From positions 351,540,001 to 351,604,000 of the forward strand of contig CM126202.1 in the NCBI GenBank assembly GCA_052327205.1: a stretch of 64,000 bases of DNA, given 5' to 3'. The notes beneath the pieces were generated by a model, which worked only from the letters and a program-made list of their open reading frames with translations, had not been told where the DNA came from and did no database searches. The translations under genes and the position numbers were made by a program. Source of the stretch: Somniosus microcephalus. Lineage: Eukaryota. Positions 59,718-64,000 of the stretch are shown in pieces. Within the stretch, counting starts at the first letter, position 1, and each line of letters begins with the position of its first letter.

Positions 59718-59816
59718 CTTCCCGCCCTCTCTCCCCTCCTTCCTTCCCTCCCTCCCCCGCCCCTAATTCCTTCCATCCCTCCCCTCCTTATTTCCTTCCC
59801 TCCCTCCCACCCCCTT
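59718..59816. repeat. C/T-rich low-complexity tract
   Basis: CCCT/CCTT runs. Confidence 0.8.
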
Positions 59817-60325
59817 TTGGATATCAATTCTGCATGTACAGAAGCTTAATAAAGCACTGAATGCAGCCTCATATTCTCAACAAGCCAGTGGTGGAAGTAT
59901 CTTTTTTTTCGGTTTACTACCGAGATGGCTAAGGATTTGGTGCAGTGAATATTTTATTAATTCTGTTACACAGTCACTGCTCCATCTGCCAACTTTTCCT
60001 GGTAATAAGGCCTGTAACAAAATGACAACATTCACAACTAAGCCAAACACTGGAAAATTCTTGAGTAATCTTCCCAGGCTAATCAAAAATAAATTCTCAG
60101 AAGGAGTTTCTATGGTTGAAGGAATCTTTAAACACAAATCTATACACATAAAGCAAACTGACTACAGATGTTACAGAAGCAACTATATACAGTATTTTAC
60201 AGAGTGAAACATATACTCTTTATAGTGAGACTAGTTATCCTCATAAATTTGGGTTTGATAAACAGTCAATATTAAAGGTACATTTCTCCAACAACATATT
60301 GGAAGGAAAATGGACAAGACACATA

Positions 60326-60922
60326 GGGGGAAAAATTGAATTGGTTTGTGCCTCTCGTTAGCGCCCCCTGGGAGGTTAGCGGCGGTGGCGGTAGCCGGTA
60401 GCGCCCCGCTTGCGCCCCAGCCGCAAACTTCCCTTGCGCCCCCTGACCTATCACTGGACGATCTGTGCGACAGGATCAGGGGGCGGTTTTGCAACGGCGG
60501 CGACGCTAGTTAAAGGGGCAGGTGTTGGTCGGCCATTTTTATTGTGGCTGACTGCCAGCACCTGCCCCCTTTCGCTTTTGTATGCGGGGTGCCGGCCGCG
60601 ATCACTCAGCCTGGCACTGCCAGGCTGTTTTCCCGGCACCCAACTCCCGGGTAGTCCGGCAGGGGCCCGGTGTGTGCAGGGGAGGAGGCCTGCAATGACA
60701 CAGCGCTATGTGCCGTCCACGCGTGGCGCTGATGGACATAGCGGCGTGAAATTCAGTAGTAGCGCCCAAGCAGGAGGGGGAGCACTTTCCAGTAGCACCC
60801 CACCTCCTGCTTGGGGTGCTACTACTGAATTTATGGCGGAGGGGCGCTAACTTTTTCGGGGCACTAAAATTGGCGCCCCGGCGACGTTAGTGCCTCAAAA
60901 GGGGCGCCACCCAATTTTCCCC
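60326..60922. mobile_element. GC-rich Harbinger-like MITE
   Basis: Ends GGGGGAAAAATTG / CAATTTTCCCC; many GCGCC/GCGCTA motifs; related to 61130-61816. Confidence 0.7.
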
Positions 60923-60934
60923 ACTCAATACTTA

Positions 60935-62165
60935 ACATGTTCAACCAAAGCAAGCAACAAAGCCGATTGAATTTTCAACTATTTAATTAAAACGTTAGAA
61001 TACAAGTCAGAGGAAGTCCTTGTCCCTTTCAGGTCACTGAGACAGAAGGGAGACATTCAAGTGCTGGAAGCTGTGCAGACAAGAGCCACAAAACTGCGAT
61101 AGTATTAGAATTATGAAGAGAGGCTTGGGGGGGGGGGGTGGAATTCAGTGGTGCCCTCTTTGGGTGCTAACTTCGCCGGGGCACTAATTTAAGTTAGCAC
61201 CCCTGCGCCATAAGTTCAGTAGTAGTGCCACAAGCAGGAGGCGGGGCGCTACTGAAAAGCGCTCCCCCTCCTTCTTGGGGCGCTATCAGTGAATTTCGCA
61301 GCACTACGTGCAACAACGCCACGCGTGACGGCACATAGCACCACATCAGTGTAGGTCTCCTCCCCCGATTAAAGGAGAGAGGCCTAGCGCTGCAATCACC
61401 GGGGCCCTGCTGCACCACTGGGGAGCGGGGTGCCGGATAAACAAGAGGAGTGCCGGGCTGAGCGGTCGCGGCCAGCACCCCACATACAGAGGTAAGAAGG
61501 AGCAGGTGCTGGCAGTTGGCCAAAAGAAAAATGGCTGCCCGGCACCTGCCCTTTAATTTGCGCCGTCGCTGCTGCCAAAACGCCCCCTGAACCAGTCGGA
61601 CATATCATCCAGCGATAGGCACAAGGGAAGTTTGATGTCATCACCGGCGGCGCAGGGCAGTGCCCCGGGGTGCTACCGGCCACCGCCGCCGCTAACCTCC
61701 CGTTGAATTTCGCGGGAGGTGTTAGCGGCATTGCGCCCAGGCGCTAGGGGCTTTGTGCTCCCTTAGCGAGCCCTGGGGGCGCTAACAGGAGGCGCAAAGC
61801 AACCCAATTTTCCCCCTTGGACTTTCAGCCGTGAAAGGAGGTGTCTGTAAGCTGATTTTACAGAGCTGTACACGATAGTGAACAGTACAGAAAAGATAAA
61901 TCTGGAGAAATATTTTAAATTACTAGAGTAGAACAGGGACACCGGTTCAAATGAGTAAAAGGCAAATTTCAGACTGATATGAGGAAATTTCACAAAGAGT
62001 GATTAACTTGGAATGGACTCATGGATTCAATAGTGGAAGCAAGGATCCTAGAATCATTTAAGAACCAATTGGTTTTGCAATGGAGGACTTTATGGTTATT
62101 CTACATAGATGAACTAAGATGGGCTAAATGGCCTTCTTTATCCATAGTAATCTTGTGACCTTGAG
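60935..62165 (+). mobile_element. Old CR1 3' fragment interrupted by a MITE
   Basis: EYKSEEVL, DIQVLEAVQTRATK and YEERL before the MITE; CR1 C-terminus and stem-loop after 61817. Confidence 0.6.
61130..61816. mobile_element. GC-rich Harbinger-like MITE, inverted relative to 60326-60922
   Basis: Ends GGGGGTGGAATT / CAATTTTCCCCC; reverse complement aligns in blocks with the 60326 copy. Confidence 0.75.
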
Positions 62166-62678
62166 AACAAGAATCTCCCTGTTCTACATGGCTCACTGAA
62201 GACCACAAATAAATAACTTTCCGGGCAAATCATAATGCTCATTTTTTAACCCCCCCGAACTGTAAATTCAGGAATACATCACACAAAGGAAAGAACCCAT
62301 GCCACAGCTGATAGGATAGTTTTATAGGTTTGCATTGCATAGAGCAGGAGGTTCAATTCCTTCTAGAGATTTATTTAACTCTTTACTGTATTTTTATTTT
62401 GTATTTACTCGAGCTTTATTTGCTTTTTGCCTGTGCCTTATATACATCTAGACAAAAGGCAGTTCATGAACTGCATTAAAGATGATGTTGGTGTATACCA
62501 GTCTAAACTATGTTATCTGTTGCAGTTCCAGCTCCCACTGTGTAATCTTTATTCCATATCTGGACCTCCTACATTTCATTTTTGAAGATATTTTTTTCAT
62601 GTCGTCCTCATCATCTTCCCTCTTTAAAACCTTCCTTTTTCTCAGTTACTTATATCAGTATAAAAGATACCTCACACC

Positions 62679-63838
62679 TGTAAGGGGGGGGTGGCGGGTG
62701 TGGCGTGTGCGCCCAGTCGGTTATGCCCCTGACTGTTTTGTGAGCGGTTCGAATCGCTCTGTAAGGGGTTTTTGCTAGGTCTCTCTCTGGTGAGACCTCT
62801 CTCTCTTTTGCACAGTAATTTACCGAGTGGTTTGACCCACTCACCCCTTAGGTTCTGTACACTGGACTTTGAGGCAGGAGCTACAATGCAGAGAATACTC
62901 TGTAGACCAAGTTTAATGAAATGAAGTGAAATTTTATTGCATAAAGGAAAAATTGAATGTAAGCCAATAAGGTACATGGGAGGGAAAAACAAATCATAAT
63001 ACAGTACTAACCAATATATCCACAGGCATATTATACTTTACAAGGTTCACCATGAAATAGGGAAACACACGGAACATCGAGGGACAACAACTCATTGTTA
63101 ATTATCCCCTAAAATGCCCACCCCCTAAACCTAGCTAGATTAGATTATGAGGGGCCAGAAACATGCTCACCAGTCCCAGATAGAAAATAGAGGTTTTGAA
63201 GTCTGCGTTTTGGTCCTCTCAGGCGTCCTGTCTCTACGTGGTCAGTGGAACGCAACGGGCTGCGACACACTCTTTTCTCCCTCGAGGTAATGGACACGGA
63301 CAGGCTGGATGTTAGCAGGCCTGGACGTCGGCGTGGAGAGAGCCCATCTGTTTGACCATGTTCATAAGGTTTCCTCTTGGAGGGTTGTCGTCTTCTCGTC
63401 TGGTCAATGGCCCGGGGTTTGTCGATGATCTCCCGATCGCTACCCCGGGTCTGGACGCTGACTCAACCTGAACCACCAATGGCTGCTCTGAGTCTTCAAA
63501 ACGTCTCCGATCCCAATCGTCTACCGAATCGTCTTCTTCTTCCGAGTCTGAGCGGCCTCTCTACCGAACCCGAACTCCTAACCGAACTGCACCTTCTTCG
63601 GACCCCCGAACGATCTCTCGAAAATGATCTCTACAATGCTCTTCTTGCTCTCCCGCACTGCTCTCTCTCCGAACTCGAACTCCTAATGGCTACCCCAGGT
63701 CTCCAGTTATACTTCTCATGGAGGCCCTTATCTCCGGCCATATCAAGGTTAGTATTTGTTTAAATTTTGGCGGGCTTGTAGCACAGAGGGGTAGTCATTG
63801 TTTTTAAAGTACTTTCGGGATGGCTGGTAACTGCCATC
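62679..63838 (-). mobile_element. Probable long LTR, interrupted by a CR1
   Basis: Sharp composition change at TG (62679); minus-strand AATAAA near 62933, TATA-like TATAA near 63707, CpG-rich middle; other end not visible. Confidence 0.45.
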
Positions 63839-64000
63839 TAAGAACATAAGAAATAGGAGCAGGAGTAGGCCAATCGGCCCCTCGAGCCTGCTCCACCATT
63901 CAATAAGATCATGGCTGATCTGATCCTAACCTCAAATCTTCTATCACTCTGCATCCACCCGAACCCATGTGATCTCCCGGGAGAGGCGAAAAACCAGATA
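63839..64000 (-). mobile_element. CR1 3' end with the ENE-like cassette (cut by the window end)
   Basis: Near-identical to 53760-53922. Confidence 0.92.

Noticed and set aside
60231-61993. Cluster of 60-146 aa ORFs
   Set aside because: By-products of GC-rich MITE sequence; no protein motifs.
63377-63763. 128-aa Leu/Ser-rich ORF
   Set aside because: Lies in low-complexity, probable LTR sequence, has a non-ATG start and no domain similarity.

Overview
Vertebrate genomic DNA, most likely a cartilaginous fish (inferred from the repeat families), with no prokaryotic-type features. The only recognisable host gene is the last six coding exons of an intron-containing CHMP1B (ESCRT-III; + strand, 3723-28357). 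The rest is a dense, nested set of transposable elements: three Gypsy LTR retrotransposons, a SCAN-domain Gmr1-like remnant, a solo LTR, one full-length and many truncated CR1 LINEs, L2, RTE-X-like and Rex1 pieces, tRNA-derived SINEs, Harbinger derivatives, Tc1/mariner-type MITEs and ~100-nt hammerhead-ribozyme-bearing Penelope-type inserts. The most unusual signal is an optional ~210-nt cassette in the 3' UTR of one CR1 family (53870-54082, second copy cut by the window end). By eye it folds into a double U-rich internal loop resembling an ENE triple-helix element, is preceded by a hairpin displaying a consensus U1/5' splice-site sequence, and lies between two copies of the CR1 3' stem-loop. 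Also notable: a Gypsy element with no tRNA PBS but a 14-nt self-complementary PBS and a p53-type element in its LTR, and a promoter/intron-like CR1 5' UTR. All alignments and folds were done by eye.
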